Positions 37,743-49,923 of a stretch of DNA of 60,775 bases are shown here, in pieces. The stretch is from contig JAWOFN010000125.1 of assembly GCA_046497505.1 (NCBI GenBank), forward strand, positions 1 through 60,775. The letters run 5' to 3'. Each line of letters starts with the position of its first letter. Position 1 is the stretch's first letter. The notes beneath the pieces were generated by a model that did not search any database, was not told where the DNA came from, and saw only the letters and a program-made list of their open reading frames with translations. The DNA is from a bacterium (GTDB taxonomy: Bacteria; Blakebacterota; Blakebacteria; Blakebacterales; JAWOFN01). The position numbers were made by a program, and so were the translations under genes.

Positions 37743-38690
37743 TCAGGACGCGGGGGGAGGATGTCTGCGCCCTCCCGCCGAAGAGGGCATCTCCCGTCCG
37801 GTCAGGTGGTAGAGGGACTCCACCAGTTCAGGATGCCGGAAGGTGTACCCCGCATCCTCCGCTTCCCGGGGTACCGCCCGGCGAGAGGCGAGGAGTTCGA
37901 TGGCGAACTCCCCCAGCATGAGACGGAGTGCGAAGGCCGGGACCGGGAAGAGCGCGGGACGCCGCAGCACCCTGCCGAGGACCCGGGTGAAGACCCGGTT
38001 CTGTACCGGGGCGGGAGCGACGGCGTTGACCGGACCGGAGAGCTCCGGCTCCCGGAGGGCGTGCTGGAAGATCCCCGTCACGTCCTCGATGTGGACCCAC
38101 GGCCAGTACTGCTCTCCGCTCCCCATCCTTCCCCCCAGACCCAGCTTGAAGAGGGGAAGGAGTTTCTCCATGGCGCCCCCCTCCTCCCCCATGACCAGGC
38201 CGATGCGGGGGTTCACCACCCGGATCCCGGCGTTCTCCGCCTTCCGGGCCTCTCTCTCCCACGCCTCACACACCTCGGAGAGGAAGATGCTGCCCGGATC
38301 GGCGTCTTCGGTGAGGAGCTCCTCTCCCCGATCTCCGTAGTAGCCCACGGCACTGGCGCTGACCAGCACCCCGGGACGTTCCTCCAGGTCGAGCATGGCA
38401 GCGACGAGGTTGCGGGTCCCCCTCACCCTGCTCTCCCTGATCTTCCGCTTCTTCTCGGCCGTCCATCGCCCGTCGACCGGTTCCCCGGCGAGGTGGATCA
38501 CGCCCTGCACGCCGCGGAAGGCCTGCTCCGGCGGAGGTCCGGTCATGGGATCCCACCGGTGGACCTCCACCCCGGGGCCCAGCGCGGGCCGGGCACGGTC
38601 CGGGTCGCGGCTGAGGGCCACCACGTCGTCGAGCCCGGCCAGGATCCGGCCCCCGATGAATCCTGTAGCACCTGTCATCAGCACTCGCAT
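37743..38690 (-). CDS. TIGR01777-type (YfcH-like) NAD-dependent epimerase/dehydratase-family protein
   Basis: MTGATGFIGG Rossmann motif and the C-terminal DUF1731-like GYTFRHPEL. Confidence 0.85.
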   Translation of the reverse strand: MRVLMTGATGFIGGRILAGLDDVVALSRDPDRARPALGPGVEVHRWDPMTGPPPEQAFRGVQGVIHLAGEPVDGRWTAEKKRKIRESRVRGTRNLVAAMLDLEERPGVLVSASAVGYYGDRGEELLTEDADPGSIFLSEVCEAWEREARKAENAGIRVVNPRIGLVMGEEGGAMEKLLPLFKLGLGGRMGSGEQYWPWVHIEDVTGIFQHALREPELSGPVNAVAPAPVQNRVFTRVLGRVLRRPALFPVPAFALRLMLGEFAIELLASRRAVPREAEDAGYTFRHPELVESLYHLTGREMPSSAGGRRHPPPAS

Positions 38691-38745
38691 AGGCGTCTCC
38701 GGCTTCGGGGGTCCCTATCGGGTCGCGTGCGCACAGGATATCCCA

Positions 38746-38773
38746 TTGTCTACTTGTTGTCAAACTTTAGAAT
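38746..38773 (+). promoter_or_regulatory. Putative promoter in the AT-richer divergent spacer
   Basis: TTGTCT-16 nt-TAGAAT, about 48 nt upstream of the ATG at 38821. Confidence 0.3.
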
Positions 38774-38820
38774 GGATATGGCTTGTACGGTCGCGTGCCG
38801 GGTGCTATCTTCCCGCCTGC

Positions 38821-39561
38821 ATGTCATCCTCACTCCCGGATATCCTCACCGAGCATCCCCGGGTGCGCGTCCGCCGCGGTGGACCTCCCGATATCGACGG
38901 TGCGGCCGTGGTGTACTGGATGCAGCGTGCCCAGCGGGCGGAGGACAATCCCGCCCTGGAAGCGACCGTCGTGGCCGCCAACGATACGGGCCGGCCCCTC
39001 CTGGTGCTCCTCCGCCTCGTCGACGACGTCCCGGGGGCCGGCGCAGCCGCCGCTCGTGAGACGCTGGAGCGATTCGTCGACGGGACCCTGGCGGTGAACT
39101 ACGTCACGCATGAACCGGACTACGACCGATGGGAGGGGCTTCCGGACTGGGGCCGCGAGACCCTGGCCAAGCACGCACGTGACGAGCGCCCTCATCTCTA
39201 TCCCCGGGAGGAACTGGAGGCCGCCGCCACCCACGACCCGCTCTGGAACGCCGGCATGCTGGAGATGAAGAAGACCGGCTTCATGCACGGCTATGTCCGG
39301 ATGTACGGGGCCAGGAAGATCCTCCACTGGAGTTCCGAACCCGAGGAGGCCCTGGCGACCGCCATCTTCCTCAACGACCGCTGGTTCCTGGATGGAAGGG
39401 ACCCGAACGGATATGCGAACATCGCCTGGGCCGTCGGAGGACTGCACGACCACCCGTGGCCCGAGCGGGAGGTCTTCGGCAACGTCCGCTCCATGACCTA
39501 CAACAGCACCTCGAAGAAGTTCGACCGTGCCTCCTACATCCAGCAGGTGGAGCGGCTGTGA
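38821..39561 (+). pseudogene. Class II CPD photolyase with a ~200+ aa in-frame internal deletion
   Basis: The N-terminus VVYWMQRAQRAEDNPAL and the C-terminus THDPLWNAGMLEMKKTGFMHGYVRMYGARKILHW...LNDRWFLDGRDPNGYANIAW are class II photolyase hallmarks. The ORF is only 246 aa, and the whole middle of the family is absent. Confidence 0.75.
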
Positions 39562-39682
39562 TCCCCATCCGCGGGCACACTCCCTGAAAGATCCGTGTCG
39601 GGACCTTACCCCCCCCGGGGACTCAAGCTGCGCAACCGCGTGTGAGGGCACCGGGTGGAACCTGATTCAGGACTCCCGGCTC

Positions 39683-39711
39683 TTGAATCGCCGTCTGCTA
39701 ATGAGTATCCT
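39683..39711 (+). promoter_or_regulatory. Putative icd promoter
   Basis: TTGAAT-17 nt-TATCCT, about 48 nt upstream of the ATG at 39759. Confidence 0.35.
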
Positions 39712-39758
39712 GCTGACGATCCTGCGCAGGCCGTCCACACCGCAACAGGAAAGAGATC

Positions 39759-41099
<1,341 letters not shown>

Positions 41100-41134
41100 C
41101 CTCCCTGCGGCACCCCTCCCCATCCGGGGACTCC

Positions 41135-41168
41135 GAGCCCCCTTCCGGCCGCCGCCGGAAGGGGGCTC
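41135..41168. terminator. Bidirectional hairpin between convergent icd and the enoyl-CoA hydratase gene
   Basis: 14-bp stem GAGCCCCCTTCCGG/CCGGAAGGGGGCTC with a 6-nt loop. Confidence 0.6.
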
Positions 41169-41170
41169 CT

Positions 41171-42007
41171 TCATATCCCTGTCGTGGACCGCCGGGACCT
41201 CTCTTCGATCTGCTCCTCGACCCTCCGTCTCCAGGCGGGTTCCCGCTTCTCCATGAAGGCGGCGATCCCTTCTCGGCAGTCGGAGTTCAGACGTCCGGCG
41301 GCGTTGATGTTGGCCGCGAAGTCGAAGGCCTCGTCGAGTCCCATGGAGGGGACCGCGGCCAGGACCTCCTTGCTCAGGGCGATGCCGGTGGTGCTGTTGA
41401 GCGCGATCTCCCGGGCCACCTCCCGGGCACGACCCATGGCCTGTCCCGATTCGCTCACCTCGTTGATGAGACCGATCCGCAGCGCCTCGGCGGCGGGGGT
41501 GTATCGGGCCGTTAGGAGCAGTTCCCGGGCGTGCTTCTCTCCCACCGACCTGAGCAGCATCACGGTGACGATGGCCGCCACGAACCCGATGGCGGCCTCG
41601 CTGTAACGGAAGCGTGCCTCCGGGTCCGCCACGACCACATCGCAGGCGGTGGCGATGCCGCATCCCCCCGCGACGCAGTAGCCGTGCACCGCCGCCACGG
41701 TGGCCTTCGGGTAGGTGTAGATGGTGCGGAAGAGACGCACCAGCTCCCTGCTGGCCGCCATGTTCTCCTCGAAGGAAGCGTCCTGGACCTGCTTCAGCTC
41801 GCCCAGGTCGGCGCCGGCACAGAAGCTGGTACCCTCCCCCCGGATGAGGAGCACCCGTGCGTCCTCCTCCCCCTCGATGAGCGCAAGCGCCTCCAGGATC
41901 TCGCCGATCATCCCCGACGTGAGGGCGTTCCGCTGCTCCGGCCGGTCCAGGACCAGCTCGGCCAGGGGGGGGCGGAGTCCGACGCGGATGCTCTCAAAGT
42001 CCCTCAT
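41171..42007 (-). CDS. Enoyl-CoA hydratase/isomerase (crotonase) family protein
   Basis: RNALT...FCAGADL oxyanion-hole motif. The ATG at 42007 avoids overlap with the upstream stop. Confidence 0.85.
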   Translation of the reverse strand: MRDFESIRVGLRPPLAELVLDRPEQRNALTSGMIGEILEALALIEGEEDARVLLIRGEGTSFCAGADLGELKQVQDASFEENMAASRELVRLFRTIYTYPKATVAAVHGYCVAGGCGIATACDVVVADPEARFRYSEAAIGFVAAIVTVMLLRSVGEKHARELLLTARYTPAAEALRIGLINEVSESGQAMGRAREVAREIALNSTTGIALSKEVLAAVPSMGLDEAFDFAANINAAGRLNSDCREGIAAFMEKREPAWRRRVEEQIEERSRRSTTGI

Positions 42008-42020
42008 CGTGTCCCCTCTC

Positions 42021-42968
42021 TCACTCCGAGGTGGGCGGAAGCGGCGGACCGCCCCCTCCACGGGTCCCCGGTCTCCCTTCCATGCGGTTGTCGTAGTAGC
42101 GGGTGGTGGGGTAGGCGAAGTCGATGTCCGCCTCCGCCGCGAACGCCTCCAGGATGGACCGCCAGATGGCCTGTTCGGTCCCCCGGCGGTGCCGGGGGTT
42201 CACCAGATAGCGGATCGTGAGCAGTACCCCGGAATCCGCCACCTCCAGGTAGACGATGGGGGTGAGCTTGCCGTAGTAGATCATGTACTTCCGGGCGGTA
42301 CGGCGGATCTGCTCCTCCGCACCCAGGCTGAACCCCCCCACCTCCTCGTGGATGACCCGGCTCAGGATCTCCTCCGCCCTCTTCCAGTCGCTCTCGAAGG
42401 TGATGAGCACGGGGATCTCGTGCCAGATGAACTGGAAGCCCTTGGTGTAGTTGGCCAGGGGCTCGCTGAGCACCTTCCCGTTGGGCACGTGCACGATCCG
42501 TCCCGTGCTCTGGTCCGCCTGCACCCAGTTGCCCGTCTCTAGCAGGCTGAACTGGAAGAGGCGGATGTCGATGACATCCCCCTTCGTCCCGGCGATCTCC
42601 ACCCGATCGCCCACCTGGAAGGGGCGGCGCCAGAGGATGAAGAGCCATCCCGCCATGTTGGCCACCGGCTGGTGGAGGGCGATGACCAGACCGGCGCTCA
42701 CCACGGCGAGGTAGTTGAGGAGGCTGGTGACCCCCCGGAACCAGACCCGTCCCACCAGGACGATGGTGACGGCCACCAGGACGTAGGTGAGGATGCGCGT
42801 CCAGTAGTAGCGCTGTCCCACATCCTGGATCCGGCGGGCCAGCACACGCCGGATGACCGCCCGGATCAGACCGACCACCAGCAGGATGAGGAGGGAGCTG
42901 AAGAGCTTCCCCTGGGTGGCCTCGGTGAGACCGGTCCATGAAGTGATGAACTCCTGGATACCTTCCAT
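42021..42968 (-). CDS. Mechanosensitive ion channel (MscS family)
   Basis: Three TM helices, then PFQVGDRVEI.G..G.V..I beta-domain motifs. Confidence 0.88.
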   Translation of the reverse strand: MEGIQEFITSWTGLTEATQGKLFSSLLILLVVGLIRAVIRRVLARRIQDVGQRYYWTRILTYVLVAVTIVLVGRVWFRGVTSLLNYLAVVSAGLVIALHQPVANMAGWLFILWRRPFQVGDRVEIAGTKGDVIDIRLFQFSLLETGNWVQADQSTGRIVHVPNGKVLSEPLANYTKGFQFIWHEIPVLITFESDWKRAEEILSRVIHEEVGGFSLGAEEQIRRTARKYMIYYGKLTPIVYLEVADSGVLLTIRYLVNPRHRRGTEQAIWRSILEAFAAEADIDFAYPTTRYYDNRMEGRPGTRGGGGPPLPPTSE

Positions 42969-43069
42969 AGGAGTGCAGTCTAGCGGGGAGGGACGACGGG
43001 TACCAAAGAGAACGACGATCCCGGCCGGGGCCGGGACCTCCGCCTCGTGCTGCCCCCTTCAGATCCTGC

Positions 43070-44062
43070 TCAGAAGCCCAGTACCTCCCGGGCCGCATTG
43101 AGGATCCGGTCCTCACCGGGGAGGTACTCCTCTTCCCGGCTGAAGAGGGGGACCTGGATGTCGTACCCGGTCACCCGGGCCACCGGGGCCTCGAGCCAGA
43201 GCAGGCACTGGTCGTTGATCCGGGCCACGATCTCCGAGCCCAACCCCAGGCTGCGGGGTGCTTCGTGCACGACCACGGCCCGGCCCGTCTTCTTCACCGA
43301 CTCGATGACCGTCCCGCTGTCCATGGGTGAGAGGGTCACCAGGTCGATGACCTCCGCGCTCACCCCGTCCTCCTCGGCCAGCGTCTCGGCCGCTTCCAGC
43401 GACCGGGGGAGCATGGCCCCGTAGGAGATGATGACGAGGTCCTCACCCTCCCGGACGATGTCCGCCTTCCCCAGCTCAGCGGGGGTGTCGGCCTCCTCGG
43501 GGACCTCCTCCTTGCCGTGGCGGTAGAGCGCCTTCGGTTCCAGGAAGATCACCGGGTCCGGGTCCCTCAGAGCAGCGAGGAGCAGGTCGTGCGCCTTCCG
43601 GGGAGAGGACGGCACCACCACCTTGATGCCGGGGGTGTGGATGTAGTAGGTCTCCCGGCTCTCGCTGTGGTGCTCCAGGGCGTGCACTCCGGCCCCATAG
43701 GGGATCCTGACCACCAGGGGGACGGTGAAGCGTCCCTGGGTCCGCTTGCGGAAGCGGGCGACATGGTTCTCGATATGATAGAAGCCGTGGTAGGAGAACC
43801 CCATGAACTGGAGCTCCGCCACGGGACGGAAGCCGGCGATGGCCAGCCCCGTCGCGGTGCCGATGATGCCCGCCTCGGCCAGGGGGGTGTCGAAGACCCG
43901 CTGGTCCCCGAACTCGTCGATGAGCCCGTCGGTGACCCGGAACACGCCCCCATCCACACCCACGTCCTCACCCATCACCAGGACCTTCTCGTTCCGGCGC
44001 ATCTCCTCGAACAGGGTGGTGTTGATGGCCTGCACCATGGTCATCTCAGGCATGGGAACCAC
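43070..44062 (-). CDS. 2-oxoacid (pyruvate/branched-chain) dehydrogenase E1 beta, intact
   Basis: Full-length 330 aa (VMGEDVG..GGVFRVT, FDTPLAE, PYGAG). The real start may be the ATG at 44053 or 44044, next to the E1 alpha stop. Confidence 0.92.
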   Translation of the reverse strand: MVPMPEMTMVQAINTTLFEEMRRNEKVLVMGEDVGVDGGVFRVTDGLIDEFGDQRVFDTPLAEAGIIGTATGLAIAGFRPVAELQFMGFSYHGFYHIENHVARFRKRTQGRFTVPLVVRIPYGAGVHALEHHSESRETYYIHTPGIKVVVPSSPRKAHDLLLAALRDPDPVIFLEPKALYRHGKEEVPEEADTPAELGKADIVREGEDLVIISYGAMLPRSLEAAETLAEEDGVSAEVIDLVTLSPMDSGTVIESVKKTGRAVVVHEAPRSLGLGSEIVARINDQCLLWLEAPVARVTGYDIQVPLFSREEEYLPGEDRILNAAREVLGF

Positions 44063-45047
44063 CCTTCGGACGGATGACGCCCTCCCCGGTCATCTCCACG
44101 CCGTTCAGGAACTCCTCACGCTGCCGGGCGGTGTAGGCGGGGAGCTCGGAGAGGGCGTAAGCGAACATGTCGGGACGATCGGCGTCCAGCTCCTCCTTCT
44201 TCTCCTCGTACCGCTTCACCGCCTCGCGGACCTCCTCCTCGACTTCTTCGGCCCATCCCTGGTCCTCCTCCTCGGTGAGATGGTCCCGGGAGATGAGGTA
44301 GTCCCTGAGCCGGGGCAGCGGGTCCCGTTCCTCCCAATCCCTCACCTCGCCCTCCTCGCGGTACTTCTTCGGGTCGTCCGCGGTGGTATGGACCGAGAGA
44401 CGGTAGGTCACCGCCTCGATGAGCGCCGGACCGTCGCCGCCCCGGGCCCGGTCCACCGCCTCCTTCGTCGCCGCGTACACGGCCAGCAGGTCGTTGCCGT
44501 CCACCTGGATTCCGGGCATCCCATAGGCGATGGCCTTCTGGGCGATGGTCTTCGCCCGGGTCTGCCGGCTGCGCGGGACGCTGATGGCGAAGTGGTTGTT
44601 CTGACAGATGAAGATGGTCGGGGTCTGGAAGACCATGGCCCAGTTCCACGCCTCGTGCAGGTCCCCTTCCGAAGTCGCCCCGTCACCGAAGTAGGTGATG
44701 GCCACCGTGTCCTCACCGGAGAGCTTCGAGGCCCATGAGAGCCCCACCGCGTGCAGGGGCTGGCTCCCGACCGGGATGGCGATGGGCAGGTCCCGGGTTC
44801 CCTCGGGGATATCGATTCCCTCCTCGTAGCCAGCGGCGTAGAGGAGGTCGTCCTCGATCTTCGCCCCCCGCCACATGGCGGCGGCGGTCTCCCGGAAGGC
44901 GGGGACGAACCAGTCGTCCTCCCGCAGGGCGTAGATGCTGCCCAGCTGGGCGGCTTCCTGACCCTTCACCGGTGCGAACGTGCCGATACGTCCCTGGCGC
45001 TGCATGCGCAGCCGGGTCTCGTCGTACCGGCGGGTCAGGAGCATCAT
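44046..45047 (-). CDS. 2-oxoacid dehydrogenase E1 alpha, intact; N-terminus probably extends further (see finding)
   Basis: TPP motif YFGDGATSEG...CQNNHFAIS. Coordinates run from the first canonical ATG. Confidence 0.9.
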   Translation of the reverse strand: MMLLTRRYDETRLRMQRQGRIGTFAPVKGQEAAQLGSIYALREDDWFVPAFRETAAAMWRGAKIEDDLLYAAGYEEGIDIPEGTRDLPIAIPVGSQPLHAVGLSWASKLSGEDTVAITYFGDGATSEGDLHEAWNWAMVFQTPTIFICQNNHFAISVPRSRQTRAKTIAQKAIAYGMPGIQVDGNDLLAVYAATKEAVDRARGGDGPALIEAVTYRLSVHTTADDPKKYREEGEVRDWEERDPLPRLRDYLISRDHLTEEEDQGWAEEVEEEVREAVKRYEEKKEELDADRPDMFAYALSELPAYTARQREEFLNGVEMTGEGVIRPKGGSHA

Positions 45048-45307
45048 CCGGTAGATCTTCCTGAGGTCCTCCTCGGGGATCTCCGGATCGAGCTCCTCGT
45101 CGAGACCGCCCTCCTCGTCCAGGATGGAGAGGTAGGTGATCTCCTGCTCAAGGTCGATGACCTCTCTGGGAATGGCGCTGCCCTCCCTGTCTGCGGATGT
45201 CGTCGTACGGGGAGACCGTGTCCGTATCCCCGCGCGGTCCCGGCCAAGTCGACCAATCTATGTCGCCGGAAGGGGGAACCCAAGTCCTTCCGACACTCCC
45301 CTGAAGA

Positions 45308-46147
45308 TCAGAAATTCAGGACCAGCGAGGTGGTGAAGAGCGTGTCCAGTTTCTCCAGCTGGACCCTGGCCGTCTCCCCGGGAGGCAGCAGCCCTTCCGG
45401 GTCGTCGACCGCCACGAAAGAGGGCCGGTTGTCGAATATCCACTTCAGGCCCACCTTCAAAGCGAGCTTCTGGCTCACCCTGACCTGCACACTGGAGTCC
45501 ATATCCGCCCGGAAATCCTCGGTCTCCTGCAGGTTCGCGTCCAGTTCCAGGACGTTCTCGAAATCGGCTGTATCGGTGAGGCGCCGGGCGTATTCCCATG
45601 AGAGGCGCGCGCCGGCGAAGGTGCTGGGTTCGGAGGAGAGCAGGTCCTCCTGCCGGGTGAAGGTGGCCGCATACTCGGTACGGAAGCGGTGACCGGGCTC
45701 CTCGAACCAGGTGGTCCCGAGACCTCCCGCCGCGATGTACCGGTTATCGAAACCGGCGAAACGATTCCGCTTCCAGGATACCCCGCCATACCAGAACATG
45801 TGCTCGGAGAGGGTCCGGCTGTAGCGGGTGCTCATCCCGTAGTTCTCGGCTGAGAGCCGGGTATCGCTCCACGTGGAGACCTCCACCGGCGGGCCGGCCG
45901 CGGTCACCACCCGGGTCTGGGTGGTGCTCTCCGCCCTGATTCCGCTGAACCGCATCTCGAACTCCGCCGAGGGCCACCTGCGCACCATCTTGTTGCTGAA
46001 CCCCAGGGTGGCGGACTGGGCGTTCCCCGCGGTCACCACGTAACTGAGTTCCGCCGTATCCGACCACCCCGTCTCCTGGGCACCCGCCGCCCCGGCCAAA
46101 GCCAGCAGACAGGCCGTCATCCCCGCGATCCTGCATGCGCTCCTCAT
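45308..46147 (-). CDS. DUF481-like outer-membrane beta-barrel protein
   Basis: Signal peptide, alternating beta-strand pattern and a C-terminal ...SLVLNF aromatic terminus. Confidence 0.75.
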   Translation of the reverse strand: MRSACRIAGMTACLLALAGAAGAQETGWSDTAELSYVVTAGNAQSATLGFSNKMVRRWPSAEFEMRFSGIRAESTTQTRVVTAAGPPVEVSTWSDTRLSAENYGMSTRYSRTLSEHMFWYGGVSWKRNRFAGFDNRYIAAGGLGTTWFEEPGHRFRTEYAATFTRQEDLLSSEPSTFAGARLSWEYARRLTDTADFENVLELDANLQETEDFRADMDSSVQVRVSQKLALKVGLKWIFDNRPSFVAVDDPEGLLPPGETARVQLEKLDTLFTTSLVLNF

Positions 46148-46220
46148 TTCCGGCGTTCTCCTCCTGATCGGTCGTCTGCCCGCCCCGCGGGACCTTCCCC
46201 CGGAGGTGGTCCTCCCGGGG

Positions 46221-47867
46221 TCAATCCCGGGGGGTCAGTCCCAGTACATCCAGACCCTGTTCGAAGGTCACGTCCACGGGGATCCCCTCGGCGGCCAGGC
46301 GGTCGAGGTCGGTCCGCAGCTGTCCGCCCATCACCCCGTAGCGTTCCATGAAGTCCTTCACCCCCTGGTAGTCGCCGTCCCCCTGGAACCGCAGGATCCG
46401 CTCCGATAGGGCGTTCATCGCCTCCCGGGTCCGCGGGAGGTCCACCCGATAGGTGCCGCTCTTCCCGTCCCGCTGGAAGGCCCCCATCTCCTTGAAGTAG
46501 TTGAACCGTGCCAGGTTGGCCCGCCCGTGTGCGCTGGATGCGCCGAAGCGGATGCTCCGGAATATGCTGGCGAAGAAGGTGATGATGTTCGACTCGATGT
46601 CCGCGCCGGGCATCTCACCCATCTCCGCCAGCTGGGTCACCATGAAGAGACCCAGCACGTCCGCCTTCCCCTCTTCGAGGGCCGAGTACTGGTCCGCCAG
46701 CGCCTCCCGCACCGTCCCCTCACCCCCCAGGGTGTGCTTGATCCCCAGCCCGTGGGCCACCTCGTGGAACATCGTGTTGGCGAAGAAGGCGTCGAAGGAG
46801 ACCTTGCCCCGCTGCTCCTCGTCGACCAGTACGCCCGCTATGGGGACCAGGATCCGGTCGAACTTGGCCCGCATGGCGTTCTTCAGCTGCAGGCGCCGGG
46901 TCCCCTTCTCCAGCTGGACCTGCTCGTCGTTGGGGAGGTTGATGGCGATGGTCTTCGAACCCGCGTTGGCGTCACCGGCATAGTAGATGGCGTCGTAGGC
47001 ACCCAGGTCCGATCCGGTGCCCGGCTCCTCCTGCTTGTACTCCGCCGGGACGGGGAGGCGCTGCTGCAGTTCGGGGAGGAGCTCGGCGTACCGGGCGAGG
47101 CGTGCGCTCCACTCCATGTCCTTCAGAAGCACGAACGCCTCATGGGCCGTCTTGAGGCCCATGAGCTGGTCCTCATAGTTCTCGATGGGGCCGACGACCA
47201 GTTCCAGCCGGTTGTCCTTCATCTCCATCCAGGCCATGTCGCTGGCCAGGTAGTCGTCGGTCCTGAGGGCCTCCGCCCGGAGCCGGAGATAGCGGGCGAG
47301 ATCCCTGCTCTCCGCCAGTGCGGCTGCTTCCTCCAGCAGCCGGGCGGCCCGAGCGGTCCATGCCGGCCACTGCTCATGGTAGGGGACGGCCGCCAGCATA
47401 CCCCTCTCATCCCGCCGGACCACCGTGTACTGACTCCGCAGGGCCTCGTCCTCCTCAGCGGCCTGCTCGAAGGCCTCCCGTGTGAGGTCAGGGGGGTAGA
47501 AGTTGGCCCCCGCCGGCTTCGGCCCCACCCCTCCGATGAAGGGCTCGTCCCCGTTCAGCCGGTCCCAGGGACCGTAGTTGATCTCCGCGAACCGGCGTAC
47601 CCGCTCGTCATCGATCGCGGCCAAGAGGGAGTCCCGGTCCCCGTAGGCCTGCTCCCAGAAGATGGCGTCCATGATCTCGGAGACCTCGATGAGGAGGGGG
47701 ATCATCTGACGCTGTGCCTGGCTCAGGTCGTCCAGCGGGACCTCGAGACGGAAGGATGTGTACTGATCCAGCCGCTCTTCGATGCTCATCTCGTCGTCTC
47801 CCGCGGTGCCGCACCCCGCCGCTGCCAGCAGCGCGGCGGCCAGCATGATGCTCACGGATCGTCTCAT
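46221..47867 (-). CDS. M49 (dipeptidyl-peptidase III) family zinc hydrolase, lipoprotein, HExxH variant
   Basis: Lipobox LAAAGCG, the HEVAHGLG pentapeptide-type zinc motif, and the second M49 motif EEGKAD. Confidence 0.75.
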   Translation of the reverse strand: MRRSVSIMLAAALLAAAGCGTAGDDEMSIEERLDQYTSFRLEVPLDDLSQAQRQMIPLLIEVSEIMDAIFWEQAYGDRDSLLAAIDDERVRRFAEINYGPWDRLNGDEPFIGGVGPKPAGANFYPPDLTREAFEQAAEEDEALRSQYTVVRRDERGMLAAVPYHEQWPAWTARAARLLEEAAALAESRDLARYLRLRAEALRTDDYLASDMAWMEMKDNRLELVVGPIENYEDQLMGLKTAHEAFVLLKDMEWSARLARYAELLPELQQRLPVPAEYKQEEPGTGSDLGAYDAIYYAGDANAGSKTIAINLPNDEQVQLEKGTRRLQLKNAMRAKFDRILVPIAGVLVDEEQRGKVSFDAFFANTMFHEVAHGLGIKHTLGGEGTVREALADQYSALEEGKADVLGLFMVTQLAEMGEMPGADIESNIITFFASIFRSIRFGASSAHGRANLARFNYFKEMGAFQRDGKSGTYRVDLPRTREAMNALSERILRFQGDGDYQGVKDFMERYGVMGGQLRTDLDRLAAEGIPVDVTFEQGLDVLGLTPRD

Positions 47868-47917
47868 GATCGGCCCCCAGGGTGTCCGGTGAAGAGGTCC
47901 TCTCTCTCCGGGACTAT

Positions 47918-47946
47918 ATAGTACCGGTGGCGGTCGGACCGACCAA
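47918..47946 (-). promoter_or_regulatory. Putative promoter of the M49 gene, overlapping an AT-rich palindrome
   Basis: On the minus strand: TTGGTC-17 nt-TACTAT. The -10 lies in the ACTATATAGT palindrome flanked by CCGG. Confidence 0.3.
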
Positions 47947-47949
47947 GAA

Positions 47950-48165
47950 TCACGGTCTCCCCCTCTCGACCCCTGCCCGCACCACCCGATCCCCCTGTCG
48001 TATGCGGTCCACCACGTCCAGGCCCTCGACCACCGACTGGAGGTCCGGCCGGTGCAGGAGACCGTCGCCCGGCCGGGTCGGCGGAGCGGGGGCCTCTCTG
48101 CCGCAGCCGACCACCGCGGCGGGGATGATGAGGAAGAGCATGTGCGCCGCGATTCGTCTCTTCAT
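47950..48165 (-). pseudogene. Remnant of a lipoprotein cyclophilin-type PPIase (signal peptide + C-terminal tail only)
   Basis: MKRRIAAHMLFLIIPAAVVGCG lipobox with a GGGAGGA SD, followed directly by ...VVEGLDVVDRIRQGDRVV, which resembles the last strands of a cyclophilin. The ~120-aa core is absent. Confidence 0.5.
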
Positions 48166-48293
48166 GGGTCCTCCCGAGGCCGCTCCGCTCCCCAACCGAC
48201 GTGTCGTTGCCAGCGGCCCGCCGAATCGGTATCTCTACACACTCTGGACCCCCTCGCCGGTACGGGACGATCCCGCAGACAACGAGGAGTCGG

Positions 48294-49718
<1,425 letters not shown>

Positions 49719-49923
49719 GTCCCCTGCCGCGGCGAGGGCCCTCCGGCGGTCGGCGTCGGCCGGCCGGGTCCGTCCGGGGACGGTTCGCACTGGCATCCGG
49801 CAGCGATGCTGGACATAGTGTGCGGAACCGCTGGCCGGTCCTTCACCGGTCGGCAGGATGATGCGTGCATATGGCCCCCAGCGGCCCGAGCGGATACGGA
49901 CCCCAGGCACGAGGTAGAACCTG

